Assembly: GCA_000934665.2 (NCBI GenBank)
Contig: JYFJ02000949.1
Span: forward strand, 1-64,000
Direction: 5' to 3'
Length of the DNA: 64,000 bases
Source: Catajapyx aquilonaris
Lineage: Eukaryota
Shown here in pieces: positions 13,143 through 26,600 of the stretch; the stretch's first letter is position 1; every line of letters starts with the position of its first letter. Position numbers and translations under genes: made by a program. Below the pieces are notes generated by a model. It saw nothing but the letters and a program-made list of their open reading frames with translations. It was not told the origin of the DNA and searched no databases.

Positions 13143-16100
13143 ATGAGCCTGTTTGCTGGACTTAATTCGGGCCCGGTGGCTGGGCTGTCAGGTGAGTTTG
13201 TAGCCGGTGGAGAGTACGGGGAGTGAATCATTTATGTAAACTATCAAGGCAGTTTTCTCCAACTAATTAGTCATTAACAGCTAATTGCTAATATATTAAG
13301 CGTGTCAATTAGAGATTTTATTAGAAATCGGCTAATCTGTACCCATTTCAGCAGATGACAGGCCAGAGCTGTACGAAGAAGTTAAGCTGTACCGGAACGC
13401 TCGGGAAAGAGAAAAGTGAGTTACGTCTCTTGCTTGCATCAGCGTAGTACTAAATCAACTACATTTGAAACATATTGCTCTCAATGAATTTCATGATTCT
13501 ATGCTCACGTAATGTTTATTCCAGGTATGATAACATGGCTGATGTGTTTTCAATTGTGACGACACTGCAACATCTGGAGAAGGCGTACATCAGGGACTGC
13601 ATATCCGCACGGGAGTACACCGCAGCGTGTTCAAAGCTGCTGGTCCAGTTCAAGGCTGCCTTCAAGCAGGTGCACGGAGACGAGTTCCCAACAATTGAAA
13701 GTTTCGTCCAGAAGTTTCGGGTAAGTCGTTACAAAGCAGGCGACTATACTTCTACTTGAACAAGATGAACTGAAAATAATTTATATTGGAGTTGATACAT
13801 TATTGTACGGCCAAACTAATTCTGGCTTTTAATAAGTCTGCCTTGTACATTTTTGTGTGACCTAGCTGGACTGCCCTGCTGCTCTGGTGCGAATCCATGA
13901 AGACCGTCCCATCACGATCAAGGACGACAAGGGAAACACAAGCAAATGCATCGCGGACATTGTTTCGGTACATATATTGCTTTTACTTGGCTATTGTAAT
14001 TGTCGAAGTGTACTTTGATTTGACATGTAGTTTGTAAATATTTCCGCAGCTTTTTATCACAATAATGGACAAGCTGAGACTGGAAATTCGTGCCATGGAT
14101 GAACTGCAGCCGGATCTCCGAGACTTGCACGACACCATGAATCGTCTTACGTTGGTGCCAGCGGATTTTGATGGAAAGCAAAAGGTAATTCTCTTATTCT
14201 ATGTACTGTGGGTCGAGGTCAGTTCATGTGCGATTCATCCTTAGCATGTGAAATTAATAATTATTTTGGATTCATGATCATGTGTCGATGAGTCATAGAC
14301 ATTAGTTTGTGATTCGGCCAACAGATGACTCTACTAGGCAAGCCAGTTGTTGGCGCTGCGGTGGCTGGAATAGGAACTATTTCAAGTTACCGTATTCGCA
14401 TGATCGTATTTAATGAGAATTTGTGAATTAACAGTAATAATTAATGAGCAATTCCCAACAATATGTATCTAGTTAATGTAGCTTACCTCTTTGAAATTTG
14501 TTTGAAAATAGCGCACGTCATGTGATAATTGTGACATATGCTGCATCGCAGTTTATGTATAATAAGCGACAGCCTGACATGAGGCTAATTTGTGTAATTA
14601 TTATTTATGTGCCATCTATTTCTATATATTGACCTGGAATTTGCAGCTGTCAAATGCTAAAATTGGACAAAATTTAACTGCCACATCACTGACTGTTTGT
14701 TCCAAGCAGTAAATACCAATATTAGTGTGTGCTGTGTAAACCTTTGAGTAAAGACAAGGCACATCATACTTTATGCTAATTAAGTTTTAAAAATTTTAAA
14801 AAATCCTATGTGCCCATATTTTACTCCCTGATCAGATCAGTTGCCTTCCCTTCCAATACAAGATCAATGCCATTCCAATCCAGCAAACCCCGGATGGAAA
14901 CCATCAACCACTGGTCATCATTGGGTCATTCGGAGGCCCCGTTTGTTGCGACAGCTCTTTTTTCCACCCCCCGTGGTATACTACTACTTAAGAAGCGAAG
15001 GCATAAGTGGCACCCAGTTGTACAGCTGCAGTGATTTATGCCGATTTATGGTCACAACGCAGATGGGATAAGCTGATTGGGAATTTGAGGGGCTTTATTG
15101 CCGGCAGAGGTTTAAATCATTTTATAGCCATGCTGCCCAGCAAATCATGTACCGGCCTCTTGAGTTAAGTTCAAGGTGTCCCGCATGTCAACGGATCAAC
15201 TGCGATTTTACCAACTGTCATTGTGGCACCAGCAATAGCAATGGCATAAATAATTATTATTTAAAATTTGATATTGCGAATAGCACCCGAAATATTATGA
15301 AAACTTCATGATATTGTCTGTATAGATATACATAATATTTATTTTTATTATCTCCATCATTATTAATTAAATTGGATATTATTTATCATATGTTATGATT
15401 ATGATTTAGTAATAATTATGGTTTGTTATCAATAATTTCGGAACACCCTGCATATTATCTGCTATAAAATTGGCTTGAGTCCGCGGTGAGTCATCAGCAA
15501 GGTGCAACCACTACCCCTCGCACAGCTGAGAGTGGCAGTAGTGTGCAGAGAGGGAGGGTGCGCCATCTATGGACAGTTGAGGCCAGTGTTGCGAAGTTTC
15601 AACAAAATCATCTCGAAATTTGTGTTTTTTTTTTTAATTTTGCAACGTGGCAATTTCCATTGTATGTCGTCATGTGTGCAAGTTCAATTTTCGCCATATG
15701 ATACTTAACTTGCTGAGGCAGCTAACCCCCAGCCTGTAGCCCATTTAATTATATGATCGGAGGCAGCAGCTCTTCCTGGAATTTTGCTGGTCCCCACAGA
15801 TGGACAGTCTGCCCAAAGCTACCTTTTTAAAAACTGTTGGGAATTGCAAGCCTTAATCGAGTTTTTTTTTTTGTGGGAAGGGGGGTGGAATTTGCCCCCG
15901 CAATTTTTCGCCCTCCCAAATGTCGATCGATATTATTGGCGAATCTTGCATATCATTGTAACTTGTGGTTTTCTCGTCCAAAAACTCAACAGGTTTTTTT
16001 TCCCCCCCCCCCTTTCCATTGGTATAGATAACCCGTATCCGGAAGTAGGTCAAGGAATCTCCCACCCACCCCGCCCCCACTTTTTCAAAACATGAAATTG

Positions 16101-16628
16101 TCAGAATTATCTCACCTGTTGCCGCAGCACTTGCTTCTCACATATTCATGCGTAAACTAGATGTGAAAGGGGGTGGGGTGGGGGAAGGGTTATAATTACC
16201 ATACTCTGCCAGGAATTCACTTTGCATTATTGTTCGCGCAAAAATCGGGTGACGTCAATTGCATGCGCACATGTCGAAAAATAAAATTCAATCGCAGTGT
16301 ATGTATATTTGGAACAATGTTTATGTCTGAACTTTCCTGAGACATCTTGTCACTTATTTATTGGCTGTTATCCCAAATATTTCCCGATTGCTTTTTAGCA
16401 CTTATTAAAAGCTGCTCATTATTAAGCAATTACTTCGACTGAGTGGTTGATCAACAATACTAATATTTCGTGTGGTGTTTCTTTTGCTCGTTTCAGGTTT
16501 CAGAGTGGCTTCAGACATTGTCGGCGATGCAGGCTTCAGACGAGCTGTCGGAGGCGCAGGTGCGACAACTGATCTTTGACCTCGAGTCAGCTTACACTGC
16601 TTTTAACAAGCTGTTGCATCAAAGCTAA
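13143..16628 (+). CDS. VPS28: ESCRT-I subunit VPS28 (6 exons)
   Basis: [109 protein letters not shown]; last exon 16498-16628 after a 2.3 kb intron. Confidence 0.97.
15505..15575. repeat. Partial copy of the dispersed repeat family seen intact at 34052-34258
   Basis: GAGAGTGGCAGTAGTGTGCAGAG..GTGCGCCATCTAT matches the arm and core of that element. Confidence 0.75.
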
Positions 16629-18589
16629 GTTCGCTGGATTCGCCGAAAATTGGGAGGGTGATTGGGATTGGAAAGTAATACATAATTGTACGCCTCATTA
16701 TTATTGTTCCCCCATTGGATTATTCAACTGATTTTTTTTTGTACTGTACATATAACCCACAAAATGCGGTCTATTGTTGTCCGGTGTGCTAAGCTGCTGA
16801 GATATTAGCTTCAAATATTAGGTTGAGTGGAATCATTCAGGTCGCGAATTTATTGCAACAATTAAGAGTTTTAATACCTTTGGACAACTGAATCAATTTT
16901 CATTGCAGAGTAGACCACATGTAAAACTTTCCGCCTAATATCAAGCAGCTAATATTGTCGACAGCCGCCAAACGGACAGCTCAATTTGAAAGCGCACTGA
17001 TTTGGTGGCAGCACCCGAGAGTCAATCGGTCAAAAACTCAGTCTTAACATCAGCATGGTTTGTTTGTTGCCAAATGATGGCGGAAGTTAATGAGTTTTGC
17101 AATCAGCTAGCAGCTATGAAATTGATTTATAATCGGTAGTAAATTCCTCTCGCCTATAAGCTAATCTGCACGGGAAGTCGTCAGTCCTGCGGTTTGTTTG
17201 TAGCTACTCTATATACATTGTGTAATAATAGAGGAAGTTCTGACAATATTACCAGATGGGAATAAAGTCAGCCGGAAACAATTATTACACCAACCATGAC
17301 ACCATTTTTATTTTATTTTTAAATAAGTTTTATTACAGTAGTACAGTCGCAGAAATAAGTAAGGAGCTGACTTTGTTTACACCTGATATAGGCTACATTG
17401 TACATCATGTGATACACTGCAATGTTACACTGTTGGCGACGATTTATATCGTCCCCGCATTATGAGCAAGGCCAAGGCTAAGTACAGAGCTTTTGCTTGC
17501 GGGTGATTAATCGGGATTCAAAACCCGGGGTTGCCGTATCTCTCCAAAAGGGAAACCGCAATTGCCCGGAAGGAAAACCTGAGGTACAATTAAACGTAGT
17601 GCTTCGAAGGATTAGGATCAAGAGGAATATTACGTGGCGAGAGAAACCGGGACGTCTTTGTGTGACGTCTTTCATTACCTTAATGAAGTCAAGAGAAGAG
17701 ATAGAGAGAGAGCGCGGGTCTTCTTTTTTTTGTGCTCGAAATAAGAAATGTTAATTACCCTTCTTGCGTGCTGCCGCCTTTTTTTCCCCCTCATGTTTAC
17801 AGGTTCCCCAAAAAAGTTTTTATCCTTTATGCAAGCACGACAGTATTTGCAAAGAAACACTGGGAGACTATTATGTGTTATACGTACAGCTGCTGTAAAT
17901 ATTCTCGGTGACATGTAATAGGAATAAACATGGTTACTACAAGTTTCCAGCGTATTTTATTTCAGGATTCAGGATTTTATCAGCTTCATATCGCACAAGT
18001 TGACAGCAATAAAGTCGTCGTCTCTTACTCTTTGTGGCAGCCCACACATGTGTGAGCTTAGCTATCTCTATACGTACAGTTGATAGCTTTGTTTCACACC
18101 CTTTTTATATCCAGAAGGTGTCAATGCCCCACTTGATTAAGCCCATCCGTGATTTGCGACCTCCAAACGCAGCGTAAATAATTTGCGTGGGTCAGGCCCC
18201 CTCTAGCCCACAGAATTTACTATGCGTAATAATTAGCCGGCAGTGACGTAAGTGTGACTGATGGCTTGTCCATCATTCAACCCGCGCACATGTTTTTCTC
18301 CAACGCACCGCACTTAAAATAACATGGTGACTATTACACGGCAACCTAGCACACAATTTTTTTGAAACTTACACTTCCCCAAATCAGTATGGTAAGAAAA
18401 TCACATCCTTTTTTTTTACTATAGTCATGACTTTCCGGTTGTAATGGTGCCAGACGTTGGGAATGAAATCAGTAGATGGCTCACGCTGCTTCTTTCCGAA
18501 ATTGTAGATAGCGGTACGACATGACGGAGGCGTTTTAATATACGGGAATATGATAACCCACATTTGGCACCACTGCCTTTCCACCACAC

Positions 18590-18865
18590 TGTGGACGTAG
18601 TACCTAATCTCTCGCATAGATGGCGCACTCTGCACGCTACTGATGACTCACTGCGGACAGAGTCACACACGCAAGCCGATTCTGATGACGACTAGTGAAC
18701 CGGTTGGCAAAAGCTATAATCACACAACTTTAATGAGGTGACCCGCCGATTTACCACCTGGTACTAATCTTCACGCATAGATGGCGCACACTCCCTCTGC
18801 ACACTCCTGCCACCTTCAGATCGTGCGATACTATTAGGTCGGACAAACATCCGACGGAGAGAATA
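18590..18865. repeat. Two adjacent partial copies of the same dispersed family
   Basis: Twice CGCATAGATGGCGCAC; the second continues CTCTGCACACTCCTGCCAC..AGGTCGGACAAACATCCG as in 34160-34258. Confidence 0.8.
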
Positions 18866-20616
18866 AGGCTATTAGGAGAAATATCTGCCTTTTTTTTTTT
18901 TTGCTCAGATGTGTCCTACGTACACTTTGCATTTTTATTCGAGTACTTTTTTTCTTCATTATTATCCGGCCTGATGCCATCTGGTGCTCCACTAGCCAAG
19001 CATTTGGTTCCCCCCCTCCCACCTCTGAATACTACAGCGTTGTCAGTACGGGTTCTGCCAATGATCAGTGGTGCTGCTGTACGGTCCACGGTTATATGCG
19101 ATGTGGAGAGAGTGTTGATGGAGAGGTAGTGATGGTGTGAAGTGGGCAGATCCTGCCTTTGCCTCTCTCTCCCTCTACCCTTACCCTCCATCCCCCACCC
19201 CCATCGTCATAAAGCTCTAGATATCAAAGCCTGGGCCACTAGAGCAAAGCAGCAGACTCTCTTCTAACTCGGCTTATTCCAATCCCGTGCAATACCCCAC
19301 CAGTGCTGTGTGAGATATCGCGCCATTTTTTTTTTTTTAAATGTCCAAATCTTCTTATAGTGTAAAAATTGAGGTGTAGTTAGCGGAAGTGGTGCTCCTG
19401 GAGGAAATTGCTAGAGATAAAAAAAAGGAGACCTAGAGTATACCACCTTCTATTAATACCTCCTTGAATCCGCAAGCATTTCCTTGAATTTACTTCCTGA
19501 CTAATTCCCATTGAATTGTCCATTTCTCCATAGAAAAGGCCACCAAAAAATTGCTTAATTCATTACCTTCCAGGATTCTGCGAAATCTCAAGTTTTCATC
19601 AGTTTCCAGTGATCGAAGTTATCCAGGACTTTCTCCATAATTTACTTGCATCCCTAGTGGATTCGGCGTAAAAAAAAAACGAGTTTAACGTCAGCTTCTG
19701 TGGTGAGTAAACAGTGTGTTCAATGTGATTTTTTTTTGTATTAATCAACTAGTTGTCAAAATTATTAAGCATATATTATTATGTTAGGTAAATTTGCTTG
19801 AAAATTGGTTATATTACTACTAATGCTAGGTTAAATGGTTTGAAGATTTTGTTGAACCATTAACCTCATGTGGGTCAAGATTGGTCACCATGTCGAAAGT
19901 GTCATGTCGTCTATAATGTGAACATCTAATATTTTGCTAAAGTTAGCTTATTGTTAATAAGTAGCTAAGTTAAGCGACTGAAATTGCTAACAACACAGAC
20001 ATTGCTATTGAACGTCACTGTTTTATAGTTTTCCTGTATTGAAACCATGTAACATGATGACAAAAAAGTTTCGGACAAGTTTTTTTTTGTTGTTTACATT
20101 TTTTTGTTGTTTACATTTTTTTTTTTAAATTGCATGAGTTGTGATAGCGATATTTGTCCACAACATATTTTTTTAAAGCATAATATATGGAGAGTGTCGA
20201 TTGCGTATGGCTTCTTTTTCGAAGAACCCGCACAAACATTGTTTTCTCGTACGGCGTCGCTCCCTGTACGTTGACAGCTGCACTTGCAATATTTTGGCAC
20301 AGATGTTCGTACGCTCGTGCCAACTCGGCTTCTAAGCTAGATCAGCCTCCTATTCTCAAATAGTGCACGGTGGCAGCAGCAGGTGCGCGGATCGGTTCGA
20401 AATAATTTTTTTATACATAAATATAGAGTGTGTGTATTATTTATGAGACCGTTGGCCCCGTGACCTTGTTTACTATACTGATTTTTTTTTAAATGTGCTG
20501 ACCTGTACACAACCAGGTGTGTGTGTGTGTAACATGAAGGGGACGAGGCATGCGCTGAGGTAGCTGCCGCGTCCAGCAGGGTTTATTTGACGAGACGCGA
20601 CCAGACTCCAGAGCAC

Positions 20617-23600
20617 ATGGAGCTGGAGGTGTGGAGCTGCAGCACCGGGGCGGAGCCACGAAACAACCTCGCTGCTGCTGCCCCGGGCCGGCCCTTGCTC
20701 GAGGAAAGAGGCGCTCCAGACGGCGGACCTTCAGACGCACCAGACGCCTCCGACGCTCCCAGACAACAACAGGTGTACAGACACCCGGCGCCCACCGACG
20801 ACGGGTACTGCTCATCTGACGGATCACCGCAAAGCACAGGTCAGTTTGTTTGTTAATTCCAACCCTGCAAGCTGCGCGAAACTGTGCTGCGCATTTGCTT
20901 TTAAAAAATGCGGTGTTTACATCCTCTGGAGGTGCGCCGCATATCACAGGTCAGTTAGTTTGTTATAATTCCAACCCTGCAAGCTGCGCCAACTGTGCTG
21001 CGCACTCGTGTTTACAACCTCTGGAGGTGATTGCTCTAGTAATTTTTACTTCCACAACTGCACTTTTTTTAAGTCCCTTCCCCCCCATCAGTATACGGGA
21101 GGGTGCTGCCCATCATGCCCATCACATCACCCCCTTTTTCCTACCGCATCACCCATTAGTACAAAGAAGGATGTTGCTCATTGGTCTTCCCCCTGTCGCT
21201 GCACCACTAACTCACTATTCAGCTACAACTTTAAAGCTCCCTACACTTCCATGTACAGGGTGTTTCATCACGATTCAGACAATATTCTAGGATGAGCTCG
21301 TGTAATCAGTAGAATAAGCTTGAATCTGCCTGTTTGTCCGGGGTGTCTCATCACCAACGTGCATGTAGTACCACTACCTCTCGCGCAGTGGCGGTAGTGA
21401 GCAGAGAGGGAGTATGCGCCACCTATGAGCGCAGGAAGGAACTAAGTGGACAGTATTGCCAAATTTCCGCCTAAATGAGGAATAGTGTCCAGTAATTCAC
21501 CTAAGATATGTTTGTGCGAGCTGTACTATGATGCACCCTGTGCCATGTCAATAGTGTTGTAATGCTCTAATTCATATTTTCCGCTTCGTAATGGCGCCAT
21601 AGGGAACAGGGTGAGGTTAACAGAGCCGGAGGAAGATAAGAAAAAAAAGGTTTATGGTGTTTTTCCTAATTACGGGCTAAGTGCAGTATGTGGTGTGGTG
21701 GCCTCTGTGACTCGGTTTTGCGTGATGCTGTTAGGTTGTTCACTTATCCGGCGAGGGTATGGCGTGGGTCACATGTTGCTTCGGATAAATTGAAAGGGGA
21801 GTAGCCAGCTGAAAGGGGACATTGGATCTTTTTATTGGGGTTGCTTATCTCCCGCTGACGTGGTCCACTCACGTCGGAAGCTGCAGTTAAGCAAATCGAG
21901 AGATGCCTTATTCGTTCAGATGTGGGCCTTCCAAGTCTGCTGTAGTTCACTATGAAGTCCTATGAAATTATAGGAATCAATGGAAAGCTGTAGCCATCGT
22001 CAGCAAAATATAAGGCACTGTACATTGCAACAAAAATTAACAAAAGCCACCGATTTGACCATGTTATTTTCTGTTGAAAACAATGAACTAGTTTCATCTC
22101 GATTTTTTATCTAGTTTCATTTATTTTGATTATTTGTTAATTTTATTAGTACTTAATTACCATTTTTGACGGCATATAAACGCACTTTTTCCCCAAAATT
22201 GCTCAAAAAATCGTCCTGAGGCGTCTTAAATGCGAAAATACAATACATTTTTTTCCGGAATATGATGTGCTGAAATGTATGCCCTCAAATATGGTAATTA
22301 TTCAATCGTAATTATTATTGAGTTTAATTTAGTATAAATTTATTGTATTAATTGTATTATTGTACATTTTTTTATTTTAACTATTAGTCCATCATGCATT
22401 GGTTTTTGTTACTTTCCTTCTATGACTGTATTTGCCAATTTTATTCGCCGTATATTAATGTGTAATTTAGTAATTCTGTATTTATAATTTACATGGACTT
22501 AATATGAATAATTTTACTGTTCTTTTTACTTTGTACAGTTATATGTGGTTGTTTTCTATAATTTTAATGTTCTCTACACGTGTAATTTTATTTGACAAAT
22601 TCCGTCTACATGCTGCCTTCTTTCAAATAATAAGTCACCGCGTTTTTCTGTCCCGATTTTTAAATGACCACAATCCTCTGTCGCAGTGACATATACCATT
22701 ATTTCCAATGAAACTACTAACGCATGACTTACAACACAAAAACTGTCAGTGGAAATTCCTAAGTTGATTTTCCTTTCCCGCAGCCCACGCTTGAATGTCT
22801 TAGGCAAACTATACTTGGAAGACATCAAAATTGAATGATACTTTCCTTTCTCGGCACTTATCGAGCGATCCACTGACGCGACAATGGATAATATTCCTGT
22901 AGTCGTCTGTTGAAACAATCGGAAAATGTCTTTAGACTATGAGACAACACGGAAATATTTCAGACCGAAATTAATTAGCTTCCATTTTGTAGATTGACAC
23001 GTTTTAACAAAATAATGTTGAGTCTTGCCAAGTTCATTTTTTTTTCCTATTTCTCTGCCTCATCTTCTTAAAGTCGTCCCTGAATATTTGAAATGGGACG
23101 TATATGGTATACTATGTCGAATTGGCACGACTTGTAGACTCATGTGGTGACTCTTTGGGGGTTGAAGCAACCCTCTTTTCTCATCTAATAAAAAAGAGTT
23201 GAGGAACAAGGTATGGGTGAGATACAGAGTTCGAAAATGATACTAACTGCAACTAACTCATTAAAAACTTCATTACTGAAGTTCATTAAAAGTTGGGGAG
23301 GGGGGGGGGGGTCTCTCTCTCTACTGTGAGACTTATGTTCAGACAAGAGGGGCATGGGGGACTGGGGGGGAGGGGATTGTCACATAAAAGAAATCCCATT
23401 TGGCTGCGAATGTAAACAGATTCCACTTAAGGGGCTCCGCGATAATTGGTTTTCCAATTTAGAGCAATAAGCGACATTATAAAAGGAAGCGTCGTGGAGT
23501 AGGACACGAGATAAAAGGGAGGGGGAATTACTATAAAGATTGCTCTGTTCTTGCATCTTGTTTGACTTCAACTATTAAAGCTCCACTGTATACTGTACAA

Positions 23601-26600
23601 GTCCATACAAAATGAGCAAATTCAGCTTGAATTTGCGACGAGTAGTGACTTTGTTGCAATAAGTGTTCGTTCGACTTTATTTTTTGCACTAAACGAATTA
23701 AAATTCGGCGCTTTTCTTAGGTTATTCGTTGTAATGTTTCATTGAATAGAAATTGACCTTAATAATTTCTGGCTCGTTCTGAAATATTTTCAAGAAAATT
23801 CCAACTTCACATTTCAATTGTGTTTAAGCTCCGTCGACACGGGTACGCGGTCTTTTATATAGACTGTGTGTTTGGACACTTGGCTCGTTGCTGTAAAGTT
23901 ATTTGCCTTGCTCAGTGGTTGCCCTCTCTGTAAACAAACGTGGTGGGGAAAAGACTATTGTTGTGACACTTACCACCTGCTTGCACTTGGAAGTGTAAAA
24001 ACAAAGAAACACTACACGCTCAAAATGTGGCTCTTGTTACTTTGGCAGCCAGTTTTGATATTGTGAGTCTATACGGCTCGTCTGTATGAACGCAAATTAA
24101 GGAGAAAAATGTGTGATATACTTGCTTCAAAAATATTTATGAGAAAATGTTTTTCATGCTTGTTATTTGTTTTAAGCACAATGATTAATTCACTTTTGAT
24201 ATATACAGTTATTCGGAACGTACAAAGTCTGCGCAGTTTGGTTAGTTTATGCCTGGCTAAGCTAATCCCATCAGCTGATCACAGTGTGGCGGAGCTTGAA
24301 TGTCCACTTTGGCCGGGCGAAATCTCCATTAAAATCGGAGCCGGAGCCAGATTATACGGCAAGATGACTTATTCAAGCGCCTATTCCTCTTTGTACGTTG
24401 CCTGCAGACGAATAAAGCTCCAAGCGTGGCTGATTCTGACAGGATTCCTTCCAAAGATTAGCTTACTGCGCAAGGCACACACCATACTCACCTGCTGCCA
24501 GACTCAACACTTTGTCAGAATCTAGCTAGCTTCCCCCCAAAAAATATCTCCTTTGACATCAAAATCACGGGAAGATGCGCCAGAAAGTTTGTCAGTACTT
24601 AGCATACATTGTCGTATCGAAGCGTAAATTCTCTGCGACATTGAACGTTTGAAGGTGACACAGAATTGCAGAACGTCTCCGCCTTTCACGACGTAATTTA
24701 TGGAATCTTGATATTATTACAGGGAAGTAAACTTGCTTATATTCGCGATTTGCATTGAACGGCGATTTTTTTTCAGGGAAAATATTCTGTACAGTTCATT
24801 GCCACCAGTTCAACTGAGGTGTTTGTTTGTGGTAGAGATGGCGTCATTACATTATCTGGTTGAATGAATAATACGTTAATAATAACGAGTCATTCAACTC
24901 CTGAAATACTTGAATATTATAATATTTGCATGGGGCGTCTAACTGGCAGGATATTTCATATTGTCTGAATTTATGTAAGTACAAAACATTGCGATCACTT
25001 TAGATTATTATTTGATTGGTGCTCTTGGACCTGCCAAAATATTTTTCCGTAAACGAGGTAAACCAATTAATAGGCTGAAAAATGCTTAGTACTAATTAAA
25101 ATGTCACATCAGCAACAATGAACTTCGGGAGGGGGGGGTGAATTTCGCCATCCCAGTTTTGTAACTGAACTGCCAAATTTTTCCTATAATTAATTAGCTC
25201 ACTCTTAACCTTCCTTTTTTTATCGTTTGTCCCCGCTCAAAATTATTTTTGTGTAGGCCTATGTAGTTGGGTCCTGAAAAGTTGATGTGTAAGTTGTAAT
25301 TCCCAGTCGTGCCTTATGGATATTAGAACATTTTGACTTTTAGCATGTGGGCTAAGCCCTTCATGAATATTGAACTGTAACGAGCGCGTCAGTGAAAGCT
25401 CGCATAATATATTGCCAAGCTTTCCAAATGCTAAAAGTTACACTGTCAAGATGTCATTTACTGTAAGTACAAACATGAGTGTCCATTTGCCGAAGTCCCC
25501 AGAAAATCCAAACATTTATTGTTGGTGAATATGTACTGAATTGTTCCCAATTTACTATTCTGATAGTGCAATCCAGCCTCTTGGACTGAGCAGAAATGTT
25601 TCTCTCTTTTTTTTCATATATAGACAAGTAAGATATTTTTGGGCGCATTTACACCGGGCCTCTCTTCTGCAAGTCGTAGGCAAAATTCCAGCGAAGAGTT
25701 GACGAAGTCAACAACAAATTGGCCAACTCGCTTTACTATACAGGACGAGGGTGTGATAAAAATCCTTGGCGGGAAACGAACGTCCAGGGTTTGAGTGGCA
25801 GTGACTGGTTAAGATTTAAGAGTACAGCAGTGTAAGGTGACGTAATCCGTGATGGTAAAAGACAAGAGTAATTGAAAATGCAAAAAAAATGCCAAAATAG
25901 GTTCAAATATTTACAAACAACGAAATAATCATGATCCAGAAGGTGTCCATAATTTTTTTGAGAAAAAATGTCGAAATTTAATTGTTATTAAAATTTGCGA
26001 AGTTGTAGATACAGCTGCTGCCCAAAATGTGCAAAAATTAAAATATCAAAATTGATACAAATGTTTAAAAACAAGCAGGTAAGAAGCTGTCCATAATTTT
26101 TTAAAGAAAAAAGGTCGAATTTTAATATTAAAATTTGCGCAGTTATGGACACAGCTGAGAGCTGTTATATGATGAGAAATGATGTAATTGTAAAATTTGC
26201 ATTAATTGTCCGGATTTTATTGCTTACAGGGTAATGGTTGCAAATTTTTCTTTATACATATTCTTGTCCGCCAAGGTTTGGTTTCAATTCGCCAAAAAAC
26301 ACTGTTGTACGATCAATTTTGTCCCAACCTTTATCTTTTTTTAGTCACATAACGGACGTGAGGGCTAATTCGCACACCCCTCCGATTATGCAAAATCGAT
26401 TGCCAATTCTGAGGGGAATATTGTGGGTTGAAGTTGTTACCAATTTTTTTCCAGGAGGTTTAGAGCTTTTAATCGGTATGACGCCACTTGTGTAATTGGG
26501 TGTGGCGTTATAGTACGGACGACACCAGCACAGGATAGGACCTCTTCTGACATCATTATACCCCCTCATGCAGTACACAGCTTTATTATAGAGAGAGAGA

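Noticed and set aside
14825..14930. Minus-strand ATGATGA..CTGA resembling a C/D snoRNA
   Set aside because: Antisense to the host VPS28 intron and no recognisable rRNA guide.
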